This document shows, piece after piece, positions 28,435 to 38,799 of a stretch of DNA of 62,056 bases. Each line of letters opens with the position of its first letter. The stretch's first letter is position 1. This DNA comes from Agathobacter sp. (lineage in GTDB: Bacteria; Bacillota; Clostridia; Lachnospirales; Lachnospiraceae), in assembly GCA_045120755.1 (NCBI GenBank), contig JBGVFC010000072.1, positions 1 through 62,056 of the forward strand, read 5' to 3'. Both the position numbers and the translations under genes were made by a program. Below the pieces are notes generated by a model. That model made no database searches. It saw only the letters and a program-made list of their open reading frames with translations, and was not told the DNA's origin.

Positions 28435-29355
28435 ATGAAGATGAACAGGGAAGTCCGGATTGGTATTGTTTTATTCCTGCTTCCGGCAATGATTTTGTTT
28501 GTAATGTTTTTCCTTTTTCCGATTGGCTATGTGGCGGTCATGAGTCTGTTCCGATGGAACGGAATGACCGCTCCGCAGTGGAATTCTTTTGGAAATTACA
28601 TTTCGATTTTCCAGGATAAGGTATTCTGGATGAGTCTTAGAAATAACATCATATGGGCACTGGCAGCGGTACTGATTCAGGTACCGCTTGCTTTGTTGAT
28701 GGCACTGATTTTGTCACAGAAGGTCAGAGGCTGGAAGATTTTTCGTACCATCTACTTCCTGCCGCAGGTAATATCGGGAATTGCAATCGCGTCCATGTGG
28801 TCGGCAATCTACAACAGTGAGTATGGTCTGCTGAACGGCTTTTTGGAACTGATTGGTCTTGGGGATTTGCAGAAAAACTGGCTGGGAAATCCGGACACTG
28901 CTTTTGTCTGCGTGCTCGGATATGGTCTGTTCTATGTGGGCTATTATATGGTTATTCTCATGTCGGGAATATCCAATGTCGATGATTCCTATTATGAAGC
29001 AGCTAAGATTGATGGTGCCAACCAGTTTCAGGTGGCGGTACATGTGACGATTCCGATGATTAAATACTCTCTCATGACGGCGGCCACTCTCGCGGCGGTA
29101 TTTGGGCTTCGGACCTTTGAACAGGTGTATCTGCTGACCAACGGCGGACCTGCCAACCGGACATCGGTTTTGGTTCTGTATCTCTATAATCAGATGAGGG
29201 ACAATGACTACGGTACGGCGAATGCAGCATCCATCATGCTCATTCTGACAGGCATACTTGTCATTTTGTTAATCCGGATGCTCTTCCATTCGAAGGAGGA
29301 GATGAAAGAGAACACAGATAAGCAGAAATCAGAAAAATCACGAACGAGGGGGTGA
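28435..29355 (+). CDS. Carbohydrate ABC permease (MalF-like)
   Basis: FRTIYFLP, EAA.IDGA (EAA loop) and LT.GGP motifs. Confidence 0.92.
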   Translation: MKMNREVRIGIVLFLLPAMILFVMFFLFPIGYVAVMSLFRWNGMTAPQWNSFGNYISIFQDKVFWMSLRNNIIWALAAVLIQVPLALLMALILSQKVRGWKIFRTIYFLPQVISGIAIASMWSAIYNSEYGLLNGFLELIGLGDLQKNWLGNPDTAFVCVLGYGLFYVGYYMVILMSGISNVDDSYYEAAKIDGANQFQVAVHVTIPMIKYSLMTAATLAAVFGLRTFEQVYLLTNGGPANRTSVLVLYLYNQMRDNDYGTANAASIMLILTGILVILLIRMLFHSKEEMKENTDKQKSEKSRTRG

Positions 29356-29359
29356 AGCT

Positions 29360-30265
29360 GTGGCAGACATATCGCAGAATGTGACGCAGGAAGATTTTGC
29401 GTCGGAGGAAAAAATATATGAGATTAAAAAGACAACCCGGCTGGGTAAAGTGGTGTGGAATCTGCTCAAATGGATATTGCTCATCGCACTGGCACTCTAC
29501 ACCATCGTGCCGCTGATATGGCTGGTTATCACTTCCCTGAAGACGAACGGAGAGTATTATGCAAGCCGTTTTGCGTTGCCGGACATCCCGCAGTTCTCCA
29601 ATTATGTCCATGCATGGACGCAGGCAGGACTTGGAAAAATGATACTCAACTCTATTTCGGTGGCAGCAGTTGCAACCGTAGCGAATGTGTTTATTGCGGC
29701 AATGGCAGCCTACGCATTGTCCCGATTCCGCTTTAAAGGGAGGGAGCTGATTTTTCTGCTGATTTCAGCGGGAATCATGGTGCCGCTTAATGCGATGATG
29801 GTTCCGTATTATTCCATCTTCAGCAAACTTCACCTGCTCAATTCCCTCAATTCCCTGCGGATTCTCTATACCGCAATCGGAATACCGATTTCCATCTTCA
29901 TTATCCGCGGATTCATGGACGGTTTTCCGACAGAAATTGAGGAGGCAGCTTATGTGGATGGCTGCGGCTTCTTTGGGAGATTTTTCAAGATTGTGCTTCC
30001 GATGACGCGGAGCGGACTGGTCACGGCGGGAACCTTCCAGTTTCTGACCTGCTGGAATGAATTTGTCTATGCAAATCTTTTGGTCACCGATCCGGCGAAA
30101 AAGACGATTCAGATTGGTGTGCGCTATTTTACCAGCCAGTTTGCAACGGATTATGTGTCCATGTATGCGGCGATTATCATAGCAATCATTCCGAGTGTAC
30201 TCATCTACATCTTTTTCCAGGAGCAGGTAATCTCCGGATTGTCCGCAGGAGCGGTGAAAGGATAG
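29360..30265 (+). CDS. Carbohydrate ABC permease (MalG-like)
   Basis: AAYALSR, EEAAYVDG, WNEF and C-terminal GAVKG motifs; GTG start. Confidence 0.92.
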   Translation: MADISQNVTQEDFASEEKIYEIKKTTRLGKVVWNLLKWILLIALALYTIVPLIWLVITSLKTNGEYYASRFALPDIPQFSNYVHAWTQAGLGKMILNSISVAAVATVANVFIAAMAAYALSRFRFKGRELIFLLISAGIMVPLNAMMVPYYSIFSKLHLLNSLNSLRILYTAIGIPISIFIIRGFMDGFPTEIEEAAYVDGCGFFGRFFKIVLPMTRSGLVTAGTFQFLTCWNEFVYANLLVTDPAKKTIQIGVRYFTSQFATDYVSMYAAIIIAIIPSVLIYIFFQEQVISGLSAGAVKG

Positions 30266-30289
30266 GAGACAACTGCGCTATGCATTCAC

Positions 30290-30340
30290 GAATGAATTTG
30301 CATATTCCGTTGCAGACACGCTCCCGCTCGAGCGCAACGT
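30290..30340. repeat. Family-1 half element
   Basis: GAATGAATTTGCATATTCCGTTGCAGACACGCTCCCGCTCGAGCGCAACGT is the reverse complement of the right arm of the 24879 copy. Confidence 0.8.
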
Positions 30341-30415
30341 GAGAACTTCTTGAATTGCTTGTTTTGACTTGTTATAATAATCGGGAGAATAAATGTTACG
30401 GCAGGGGGAAGGATT

Positions 30416-30706
30416 ATGAGCGACCGGAATGTGCATATGCCATACAAGGAATGGAAGGATTATGCGGTAGTCAATTATGAGCTGGTAGGTAAATTCTACC
30501 ATAAGAAGGTATATGAGGCGATGGTGGAAGACCCGAAGACACACCGGATGGAGCTCATCCAGCTTACCCTTCGCGAGGTTTTAAATAAATGCGAGGGCAC
30601 GATTTTTGAGGATCAGATTCGCAGAGCCGTGATGAAGTGTGTCTATACGGATACAAAACCGGATGTGGCAATCCGCAAGGTCATGGATATCTATTACAGT
30701 GCATAG
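30416..30706 (+). CDS. Hypothetical protein (96 aa)
   Basis: GGAAGGA RBS and normal codon usage; no motif recognised. Confidence 0.7.
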   Translation: MSDRNVHMPYKEWKDYAVVNYELVGKFYHKKVYEAMVEDPKTHRMELIQLTLREVLNKCEGTIFEDQIRRAVMKCVYTDTKPDVAIRKVMDIYYSA

Positions 30707-30747
30707 TATATGGATAGAAAGATTTAGCCCAGTTTACATTTTTATTT

Positions 30748-30785
30748 TCCCTTTTTGCATTCGTGTACACTTTTGTAAAAAGGGA
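30748..30785. repeat. Family-1 ends-only copy (also terminator-like)
   Basis: TCCCTTTTTGCATT..GTACACTTTTGTAAAAAGGGA carries both termini of the 24879 copy without the interior. Confidence 0.7.
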
Positions 30786-31024
30786 GTTTTTATTTGTATA
30801 TAGATGTAAAATGGGCGTTTACTAATTTTACGAAATATAACATGAAAGCAATTCATCTTTCAGTGAAAATTGTTTTAAAAGAAATACATAATATGGCGAA
30901 CTTTGCACTTTTTTTTGCCGGAAATACATGTTATAATCTGTCTTGTAAAGAAAAGTAATCGTATTCGGAACTGGCAACAGTTCTGGATACAAAAATAATA
31001 TAAAGAAAGAAGGAGAGAAAGCAC

Positions 31025-33277
31025 ATGTTTAATTTTGAACAGTGGGATGGATTCGAAGGACGTCTTTGGAAAGAGGAAATCAATGTTCGCGATTTCATTC
31101 AGAACAACTACACTCCATATGATGGAGATGAGAGCTTTTTAGTAGGACCGACAGAGGCAACCGACAAGTTATGGGGAGCATTACAGAAGTTACAGAAGGA
31201 AGAGCGTGCTAAGGGCGGCGTTCTTGATATGGACAGTGATATCGTTTCTTCACTTACTTCACATGCAGCAGGCTACATCGATGAGTCCCTGAAGGACTTA
31301 GAGAAGGTAGTAGGACTTCAGACAGATAAGCCGTTAAAGAGAGCGTTCATGCCTTACGGTGGAATCCAGATGGCTGAGAAGTCATTGGAGGAGTACGGAT
31401 ACCCAATCAATCCTGAACTTCACAAGATTTTCACAGAGTATCACAAGACTCACAACCAGGCAGTATTTGATGCTTATACACCGGAGATGAGAGCAGCTCG
31501 TAAGAACAAGATCGTTACAGGTCTTCCGGATACATACGGACGTGGACGTATCGTAGGTGATTACAGAAGAGTAGCTCTTTACGGTATCGACAAGCTGATC
31601 GAGGAGAAAGAGCATGACAAGGCATACTGTGGATGCGGTGTTATGACAGATGATATCATCCGTTTAAGAGAAGAGCTTACCGGACAGATCAATGCATTAA
31701 AGGGCATGAAGGAGATGGCTAAGCTTTACGGCTTCGATATTTCACAGCCGGCTACCAACGCTCATGAGGCATTCCAGTGGACTTACTTCGGATACCTTGC
31801 AGCAATCAAGACACAGAACGGTGCAGCAATGTCCATCGGACGTGTATGTACCTTCCTTGATATCTATATCGAGAGAGATATGAAGAAGGGGATCTTAACT
31901 GAGACAGAGGCACAGGAGTTAGTTGACCACATGATCATGAAGTTCCGTATGGTTAAGTTTGCTCGTTGTAACTCATACAACCAGTTATTCTCAGGAGATC
32001 CGGTTTGGGCAACCATCGACCTTGCAGGTATCGGCGTAGACGGACGTTCTATGGTTACCAAGACAGACTTCCGTGTACTTCATACCCTTGAGAACATGGG
32101 ACCTTCACCAGAGCCGAACATCACTGTACTGTACTCTTCCGCACTTCCGGAGACATTCAGAAAGTACGCTGCAGCTATTTCTATCCGTACCAGCTCTATC
32201 CAGTACGAGAATGATGATGTTATGAAGCCAATCTGGGGCGATGATTACGCAATCTGCTGTTGTGTATCTGCAACACAGACCGGTAAGGAAATGCAGTTCT
32301 TCGGAGCTCGTGCAAACCTTGCTAAGTGCTTGCTTTACGCTATCAACGGTGGTGTTGATGAGAAGAATAAGGTTCAGGTAGGACCTGCATACGCACCAAT
32401 TACTTCTGAGTACTTAGATTACAACGAAGTTATGGCTAAGTATGATGTAATGTTAGACTGGTTAGCAGGACTGTACACCAACATCCTTAACCTGATTCAG
32501 TATATGCATGACAAGTACTTCTATGAGTACGCTCAGTTAGCACTTATCGACACAGATGTTCGTAGAACATTTGCTACCGGTATTGCAGGATTCTCACATG
32601 TAATCGATTCCTTAAGCGCAATCAAGTACGCTAAGGTTAAGACAATCCGTGATGAGAACGGTCTTGTTATTGATTACGAAATCGAGGGAGACTTCCCACG
32701 TTACGGTAACGATGATGACCGCGCTGATGAAATCGGTGTATGGTTATTAAAGACCTTTATCGAGAAGATTAAGAAGCATCACACCTATCGTGATTCTGAG
32801 CCGACAACCTCTATCCTTACAATTACTTCTAATGTTGTATATGGTAAGGCTACCGGAGCTATGCCGGACGGAAGAAAGGCAGGAGAGCCATTATCACCGG
32901 GAGCTAACCCAAGCTACGGCGCAGAGAAGAGCGGACTTCTTGCATCCCTTAACTCTGTTGCTAAGATTCCATATGAGTGGGCATTGGATGGTATTTCTAA
33001 TACTCAGACAATCAACCCGGATGCTCTTGGACACAGCGAGGAGGAGCAGGTTAAGAACTTAGTTCAGGCTATGGACGGATACTTCGATCAGGGTGCTCAT
33101 CACCTGAATGTCAATGTATTCGGTATCGAGAAGCTGAAGGACGCTATGGAGCATCCAGAGAAGGAAGAGTACGCTAACTTCACTATCCGTGTATCTGGAT
33201 ACGCTGTTAAGTTCATCGACCTTACTAAGGAGCAGCAGATGGATGTTATTTCCAGAACCTGCCACGGTCAGTTATAA
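31025..33277 (+). CDS. pflB: Formate C-acetyltransferase (pyruvate formate-lyase)
   Basis: [17 protein letters not shown], active-site ICCCVS and glycyl-radical RVSGY motifs; strongly biased codons. Confidence 0.97.
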   Translation: MFNFEQWDGFEGRLWKEEINVRDFIQNNYTPYDGDESFLVGPTEATDKLWGALQKLQKEERAKGGVLDMDSDIVSSLTSHAAGYIDESLKDLEKVVGLQTDKPLKRAFMPYGGIQMAEKSLEEYGYPINPELHKIFTEYHKTHNQAVFDAYTPEMRAARKNKIVTGLPDTYGRGRIVGDYRRVALYGIDKLIEEKEHDKAYCGCGVMTDDIIRLREELTGQINALKGMKEMAKLYGFDISQPATNAHEAFQWTYFGYLAAIKTQNGAAMSIGRVCTFLDIYIERDMKKGILTETEAQELVDHMIMKFRMVKFARCNSYNQLFSGDPVWATIDLAGIGVDGRSMVTKTDFRVLHTLENMGPSPEPNITVLYSSALPETFRKYAAAISIRTSSIQYENDDVMKPIWGDDYAICCCVSATQTGKEMQFFGARANLAKCLLYAINGGVDEKNKVQVGPAYAPITSEYLDYNEVMAKYDVMLDWLAGLYTNILNLIQYMHDKYFYEYAQLALIDTDVRRTFATGIAGFSHVIDSLSAIKYAKVKTIRDENGLVIDYEIEGDFPRYGNDDDRADEIGVWLLKTFIEKIKKHHTYRDSEPTTSILTITSNVVYGKATGAMPDGRKAGEPLSPGANPSYGAEKSGLLASLNSVAKIPYEWALDGISNTQTINPDALGHSEEEQVKNLVQAMDGYFDQGAHHLNVNVFGIEKLKDAMEHPEKEEYANFTIRVSGYAVKFIDLTKEQQMDVISRTCHGQL

Positions 33278-33351
33278 TTGATAGCTGAATAGTCACAACA
33301 ATTTTTTCACATGGAGCCGCATGCACAATCCGTGTGAATAGTGGATAGAAG

Positions 33352-33390
33352 ATGGGGTTGTTACATATCATATGTGATGACCCCGTTTTT
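33352..33390 (+). terminator. Terminator between pflB and pflA
   Basis: GGGGTTGTTACATA / TATGTGATGACCCC followed by a T tract. Confidence 0.75.
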
Positions 33391-33507
33391 CTCTCATGGC
33401 AATGAGGAAAGTGCAGCCATGGATAATTTGGAATATGGCGATAGTTTCGTCACTGCCTATGAAGATATGCAGGGAATCAGTAAGTATAATATATGGAGGA
33501 GAGACAT

Positions 33508-34254
33508 ATGGGAGATTTAATAGGTAAAGTTCATTCCTTGGAGACCTTTGGTCTGGTGGATGGACCGGGTGTTCGTTTTGTTGTATTTTTACAGGGCTGC
33601 AGAATGAGATGTCTGTACTGCCATAATCCGGAGACATGGAATATGGAGGTCGGCGAGCTTTGGACGCCGGAGGATTTGCTCAAGAAAGCACTTCGTTACA
33701 GAAATTACTGGGGCAAGAAGGGCAATGGCGGTATTACCGTCAGCGGAGGTGAGCCGCTTCTTCAGATTGAATTTTTGACAGAGTTCTTCCGTCTGGCGAA
33801 GGAGCAGGGCGTTCATACAACTGTGGATACCAGCGGCAATCCGTTTGATCTGAATAATCCGGAATGGATGGCAAAGTTTGACAAGCTGATGGAAGTGACC
33901 GATTTGTTCATGCTCGATATCAAAGAAATCGATGACGAGAAGCACAAGGCACTGACCAAGTGGACGAACAAGAACATTCTGGATATGGCAAATTATTTAT
34001 CTGACCACGGCAAGGAGATGTGGATTCGCCATGTGCTTGTTCCGGACCTGACGGATGATGAGGATGGATTGAAGAAGCTGAATGATTTTATCAAGCAGCT
34101 TAAGACGGTAAGCCGTGTGGAGATTCTTCCGTACCATACCCTTGGCAAATTCAAATGGGATAACCTCAAAATCGAATATCCGCTTGAGGGTGTCCGCACA
34201 CCAACGCAGGAAGAGGTCAAGAGAGCAGAAGAATTGTTGGAAATTAAGAAATAA
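33508..34254 (+). CDS. pflA: Pyruvate formate-lyase activating enzyme
   Basis: DGPG.RFVVF.QGC..RC.YCHNP radical-SAM motif, SGGEPLLQ and LPYH..G. Confidence 0.96.
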   Translation: MGDLIGKVHSLETFGLVDGPGVRFVVFLQGCRMRCLYCHNPETWNMEVGELWTPEDLLKKALRYRNYWGKKGNGGITVSGGEPLLQIEFLTEFFRLAKEQGVHTTVDTSGNPFDLNNPEWMAKFDKLMEVTDLFMLDIKEIDDEKHKALTKWTNKNILDMANYLSDHGKEMWIRHVLVPDLTDDEDGLKKLNDFIKQLKTVSRVEILPYHTLGKFKWDNLKIEYPLEGVRTPTQEEVKRAEELLEIKK

Positions 34255-34299
34255 ACGAATAAACAATAAAAGCATAAGCAATAAAAGCATAAGCAATAC

Positions 34300-34348
34300 A
34301 AAAGCCGCTATGGAGCAGATGGAATTCCATTTCTTTGTAGCGGCTTTT
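34300..34348 (+). terminator. Terminator after pflA
   Basis: AAAAGCCGCTA ... TAGCGGCTTTT. Confidence 0.7.
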
Positions 34349-34431
34349 CCTATGTGGGCGAGCGGCTTGCAGTTGCTTCTCACAAATGCTACAATGAGTC
34401 AGAGTAATTGGAAGGTACAAGAGGTTTCGTA

Positions 34432-35739
34432 ATGAGCATTAAAAAACAATTTGCAAAATATGTATCGCAAAATATTTTGGGGATGCTGGGAGTATCCTGC
34501 TATATTATTGTGGATACTTTTTTTATTTCAAAAGCGGCAGGGGCAGATGGAATCACAGCGCTCAATCTTGTATTGCCGATATATGGTCTTATTTATGCGA
34601 TTGGTGCCATGATTGGAGTGGGTTCGGCAACGCGGTTTACCATTATGCGCAAGAGGGGCGAAAAGGAGGCAGATGATTATCTGTTCAATGCGCTGTTTTG
34701 GGTTGTACTCCTAAGCATACCGTTTGTTCTGGCAGGAATCTTTGTGCCGGACAAGGTAGTTGCGCTTATGGGTGGCGATTTACAGATTGCAGCTTTGGGA
34801 AAAGCGTACACCCGGATATTTTTAATGTTTACGCCCTTTTTTATGGCCAATCATGTGTTTATGGCATATGTGAGGAATGATAAAGCGCCAACGCTGGCGA
34901 TGATTGCCACACTTGCCAGCAGTATGAGTAATATTGTATTTGACTATATCTTCATGTTTCCGATGGGGCTGGGACTGACAGGTGCGGCGCTGGCAACGGT
35001 AATCTCCCCGATTCTCAGCATACTTATCTGCGGCACGCATTTTCTGATGAAAAAGAATACGGTGCGGATGAAAATCGGCATTCCGTCTCTCCGAAGACTT
35101 GGACAGTCCTGTCAGCTTGGAGTGGCAGCGTTTGTGGGGGAGATAACCTCTGCGGTTACTACAACGGTCTTTAATTTTCTGATTTTGGGGCTGGTTGGAA
35201 ATATTGGTGTGGCAGCGTATGGAATTGTCGCCAATTTTGCTCTGGTTGCAACTGCTATTTTTAACGGAATCGCGCAGGGAGCGCAGCCGCTTGTGAGTGC
35301 ACAGTATGGTGCCGGTCAGACGCAGGGAACCAGGAAACTTCTCAGATACGGGATTGTTGTGGCAATGAGTATTGCGGTTCTTCTGGTCGGTGTAGTATGG
35401 GGATTTACAGACGAGCTGGTTGCACTGTTCAACAGTGAGGGCTCTGTGGAGCTGGCAGGCTATGCTTATTGGGCAATACGACTGTATTTTATCGGATATC
35501 TGCTGGCTGGCTTTAATATTGTGGTGACGGGATTTTTCAGTGCGACGGACAGGCCGAAGGAGGCATTTGTCGCATCGGTTTTGCGAGGTGTTGTTGCGAT
35601 TGTCATATGTGCGGTTGTGATGTCGCGCTTATGGGGAATTATGGGAATCTGGCTTGCATTTGCTGCATCAGAGCTGATTACAGCGCTGGTAGCGGGAGTT
35701 TTCCTGTGGAGGCAGAAAAGACGCCGGATGGCACAGTAA
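34432..35739 (+). CDS. MATE-family efflux transporter
   Basis: About 12 TM segments; IVDT.FI, NIVFDY.F...GL.GAALAT and G.QPLVS..YGA motifs. Confidence 0.92.
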   Translation: MSIKKQFAKYVSQNILGMLGVSCYIIVDTFFISKAAGADGITALNLVLPIYGLIYAIGAMIGVGSATRFTIMRKRGEKEADDYLFNALFWVVLLSIPFVLAGIFVPDKVVALMGGDLQIAALGKAYTRIFLMFTPFFMANHVFMAYVRNDKAPTLAMIATLASSMSNIVFDYIFMFPMGLGLTGAALATVISPILSILICGTHFLMKKNTVRMKIGIPSLRRLGQSCQLGVAAFVGEITSAVTTTVFNFLILGLVGNIGVAAYGIVANFALVATAIFNGIAQGAQPLVSAQYGAGQTQGTRKLLRYGIVVAMSIAVLLVGVVWGFTDELVALFNSEGSVELAGYAYWAIRLYFIGYLLAGFNIVVTGFFSATDRPKEAFVASVLRGVVAIVICAVVMSRLWGIMGIWLAFAASELITALVAGVFLWRQKRRRMAQ

Positions 35740-35760
35740 GAGTATGATTGGAGGTTGGGT

Positions 35761-37203
35761 ATGATACAAAAAGAATTGCCGGAGGCTTTTATCGAACAGA
35801 TGAAGGCGCTGCTGAAAGACGAATGGGAAGATTTTTTTCAGAGCTATGAGAATGACCGTTATCAGGCGCTGCGTTTCAACCTGCTAAAAAAGGGGTTAAA
35901 GCCGGATGATTATGAGGAGCTTCTGGGTCGTTTTTCGGAGGAAACAGAGGCGCATGAGGCGGTAGCATGGGCGGAGCATGGATTTTATTACGGACAGGAC
36001 GAACGGCCGGGCAGGCATCCGTATCACGAGGCGGGTGTCTACTATATTCAGGAACCGAGCGCGATGTCGGCAGCGGCACTTTTAGCACCAAAGCCGGGAA
36101 TGCGGGTGCTGGATTTGTGCGCGGCACCGGGAGGAAAAACCACCCAGCTTGCGGCCTGTATGGAGCAGAAGGGATTGCTTGTCGCCAATGAGATTCATCC
36201 GGCGCGCTGCAAAATTCTCTCGCAGAATGTGGAGCGGATGGGAATCACCAATGCCATTGTTACGAATGAGGACAGCGGCAGACTCGCAGAGCATTTTCCA
36301 TCGTATTTTCATGCGATTTTGGTTGATGCGCCGTGCTCCGGTGAGGGAATGTTCCGCAAGAATCCGGAAGCGGTGGATGAGTGGAGCATGGACAATGTGA
36401 GAGCCTGTGCAAAGCGGCAGAGGGAAATTTTGGATAACGCCGCGCAAATGCTTCTTCCGGGAGGCAGGCTGGTGTATTCGACCTGCACTTTTTCCATAGA
36501 AGAGAATGAGCAGACCATCGAAGCATTTTTGGAAAAGCATCCGGAATTTGAAATTGCAGAGACGGACGCTCCGTGGTTTTCACAGGGCATCGGAGAGGGA
36601 GAACTGCGCTATACCTTCCGACTTTGGCCGCATAAGCTGCATGGAGAAGGCCATTTTGCAGCAGTCCTTCGCAAAAAAGGAAACCTGTCGGAGGATTGGG
36701 GGCAGGAACCACGGTCGCCAAGGGCAGAGAGGTCTGCAGCAAAGCCGGGCTCTGTGCCTGACAAGCAGCAGAGGGAAGCGTTGAAAGAGTTTTTGGATAC
36801 TGTGCTGCAACCGGAGACTGCCGATTGGATTTTGGAGGGGAATTTTGTCCTGTTTAAAGAGCAGCTCTACCGGCTTCCGCCGCAGGCTCCGTCGCTGCGC
36901 GGACTCCGCGTTCTGCGTGCGGGATTACATATCGGCGAGTTCAAGAAGAACCGCTTTGAGCCGTCACATGCACTGGCGCTTGCGCTTGGGAAAGAGGATG
37001 TCACCGGATGGTTCAGCTTATCCGCGGAAGATCCGCGTATCCGCGCATTTTTAAGAGGAGAGTCTCTGACCGTAGGGGATGAGGCGGGATTGAAAAAAGG
37101 ATGGTGCCTAGTGGCGGTGGATGGATATTCACTTGGCTGGGGAAAATATGCCGCAGGGCAGCTCAAAAATCATTATCCGAAGGGACTGCGAAAGGATTTC
37201 TAA
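35761..37203 (+). CDS. rsmF: RsmF/NOL1-NOP2-Sun RNA m5C methyltransferase
   Basis: YIQEPSAM, DLCAAPGGKT, DAPCSGEGMFRK, YSTCTF and C-terminal KN.YPKGLR motifs. Confidence 0.9.
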   Translation: MIQKELPEAFIEQMKALLKDEWEDFFQSYENDRYQALRFNLLKKGLKPDDYEELLGRFSEETEAHEAVAWAEHGFYYGQDERPGRHPYHEAGVYYIQEPSAMSAAALLAPKPGMRVLDLCAAPGGKTTQLAACMEQKGLLVANEIHPARCKILSQNVERMGITNAIVTNEDSGRLAEHFPSYFHAILVDAPCSGEGMFRKNPEAVDEWSMDNVRACAKRQREILDNAAQMLLPGGRLVYSTCTFSIEENEQTIEAFLEKHPEFEIAETDAPWFSQGIGEGELRYTFRLWPHKLHGEGHFAAVLRKKGNLSEDWGQEPRSPRAERSAAKPGSVPDKQQREALKEFLDTVLQPETADWILEGNFVLFKEQLYRLPPQAPSLRGLRVLRAGLHIGEFKKNRFEPSHALALALGKEDVTGWFSLSAEDPRIRAFLRGESLTVGDEAGLKKGWCLVAVDGYSLGWGKYAAGQLKNHYPKGLRKDF

Positions 37204-37308
37204 TGGTTGTTTTTTGCGCGTAAAACCGTTATACTAGTCATGGAAAGCGACGATGGCGTGTCCTTGTTTGCGGCGCTTCATCATGAATGGAAAAGTCAGG
37301 AGAACGGT

Positions 37309-38010
37309 GTGGAAATTGAGTTGATTGCACGAATCCATACGGATTTTAGGGACAAGTTCGGGATTCCGCGCCAGAGCGGTCTGGTACCGGAGTTGGTTGG
37401 TGAAATTGTATTTGAACCCAGATACCGCAGCATGGACGCGCTGAAGGGAATCGAGGAATTTTCGTATCTGTGGCTGATATGGGAATTTTCAAAATCTGCC
37501 AGAGAGAATGTTTCGCTGACAGTTGCACCGCCAAGATTGGGCGGCAGAACGAAAAAGGGTGTTTTTGCGACGCGCTCCCCATTTCGCCCGAATCCGCTGG
37601 GATTGTCCTGCGTGAAGTTCGAGGGAATCCGTCAGGATGAAAAATATGGGCCGGTGCTTATCGTATCCGGTGTCGATTTGCTGGATGGGACACCCATATA
37701 TGACATCAAGCCGTATCTGCCGTATGCAGATGCACATCCGCTGGCAGAGGGAAGTTTTGCAGAGGAGCACAAGGACGACAGAATCCGGGTGGATTTTCCG
37801 GAAGAATTACTGGTTAAAATCCCGTCCCAAAAGAGAGAGGCTGCCATAGCAGTATTGGCGCAGGACCCGCGCGCTGCCTACAACAAAAAGCCGGATTATG
37901 TGTACGGTATGTCCTTCGCAGGGTGTGATATCCGGTTTACGGTTTCTGATGGGACACTTGTGGTGCAGGATGTGGTGCGGCTGGATGCAGATTGGAACAA
38001 AGTAAAGTAA
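37309..38010 (+). CDS. tsaA: tRNA (t6A37) N6-methyltransferase TrmO/TsaA
   Basis: KFGIPRQSG, PPRLGG...GVFATRSPFRPNP.G.S, DL.DGTP..DIKPY and QDPR motifs. GTG start after AGGAG. Confidence 0.92.
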   Translation: MEIELIARIHTDFRDKFGIPRQSGLVPELVGEIVFEPRYRSMDALKGIEEFSYLWLIWEFSKSARENVSLTVAPPRLGGRTKKGVFATRSPFRPNPLGLSCVKFEGIRQDEKYGPVLIVSGVDLLDGTPIYDIKPYLPYADAHPLAEGSFAEEHKDDRIRVDFPEELLVKIPSQKREAAIAVLAQDPRAAYNKKPDYVYGMSFAGCDIRFTVSDGTLVVQDVVRLDADWNKVK

Positions 38011-38026
38011 GAAAGAGGGAAGACAT

Positions 38027-38551
38027 ATGAAAAAAGTAGAAGATTACATTCGGACAATACCGGATTTCCCGGAGCCGGGCATTATGTTTCGGGATGTCAC
38101 AAGTGTTCTGGAGGATGCCGAAGGATTGAAGCTTGCCATTGATGAGATGGCAAGGCTGTTAGATGGCGTGGAGTGTGATGTGATTGCGGGAGCGGAATCG
38201 AGAGGCTTTATCTTTGGTATGCCGATTGCATATTTATTGGGCAAACCGTTCGTGCTGATTCGCAAGGCAGGCAAGCTCCCGTGTGAGACCGTATCCAAGA
38301 CCTATGATTTGGAGTATGGCACGGCAACGATTGAGATGCATAAAAATTCCATCGCGCCGGGACAGAAGGTTGTGCTGGTCGATGATTTAATTGCAACCGG
38401 CGGCACGATGAAGGCTGCAGCACAGCTTGTAGAGGAATTGGGCGGAGAAGTGGCAAAAATGATCTTCCTCATAGAATTGGAAGGCTTAAAAGGGCGTGAA
38501 GCTCTGGCGGGCTATGATGTCGCATCCGTAGTTGCTTATCCGGGCAAGTAG
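38027..38551 (+). CDS. apt: Adenine phosphoribosyltransferase
   Basis: PDFP.PGI.FRD, ESRGFIFG, RK.GKLP, Y.LEYG and VDDLIATGGT motifs. Confidence 0.97.
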   Translation: MKKVEDYIRTIPDFPEPGIMFRDVTSVLEDAEGLKLAIDEMARLLDGVECDVIAGAESRGFIFGMPIAYLLGKPFVLIRKAGKLPCETVSKTYDLEYGTATIEMHKNSIAPGQKVVLVDDLIATGGTMKAAAQLVEELGGEVAKMIFLIELEGLKGREALAGYDVASVVAYPGK

Positions 38552-38578
38552 ATTTTTTACCACATGGTGTTAAGATTT

Positions 38579-38613
38579 ATAACAGTCTTGTATTATGGCG
38601 AGACTGTTATTTT
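38579..38613 (+). terminator. Terminator after apt
   Basis: ATAACAGTCTTG / CGAGACTGTTAT followed by Ts. Confidence 0.7.
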
Positions 38614-38799
38614 GCTTTAATAATTAAAGTTTTGAGGTTTTGCGGTGAGTGAAAATCTTAAAAAGCATAAGCCTCAAAATGAGTAGAAAAAATGTAATCA
38701 GTGGTATTGTTTAAAAGAAGATAATAATATTATTACTTAGAAGAGCTGTTTGAAATGCACGATTTATTACAATAGTCCCATATCGGAATTGTGTTGCTA

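Noticed and set aside
30884-30899. NrdR-like box upstream of pflB
   Set aside because: A single weak match in AT-rich DNA without a convincing partner at the usual spacing.
30940-31024. Hairpin in the pflB leader as a possible ZTP (pfl) riboswitch
   Set aside because: It is a simple stem (GTATTCGGAACTG / CAGTTCTGGATAC) without the conserved riboswitch core or pseudoknot segment that I could identify.
37204-37308. rsmF-tsaA spacer as a SAM riboswitch or N-terminal extension
   Set aside because: No SAM riboswitch consensus is seen, and a good RBS supports the GTG at 37309.
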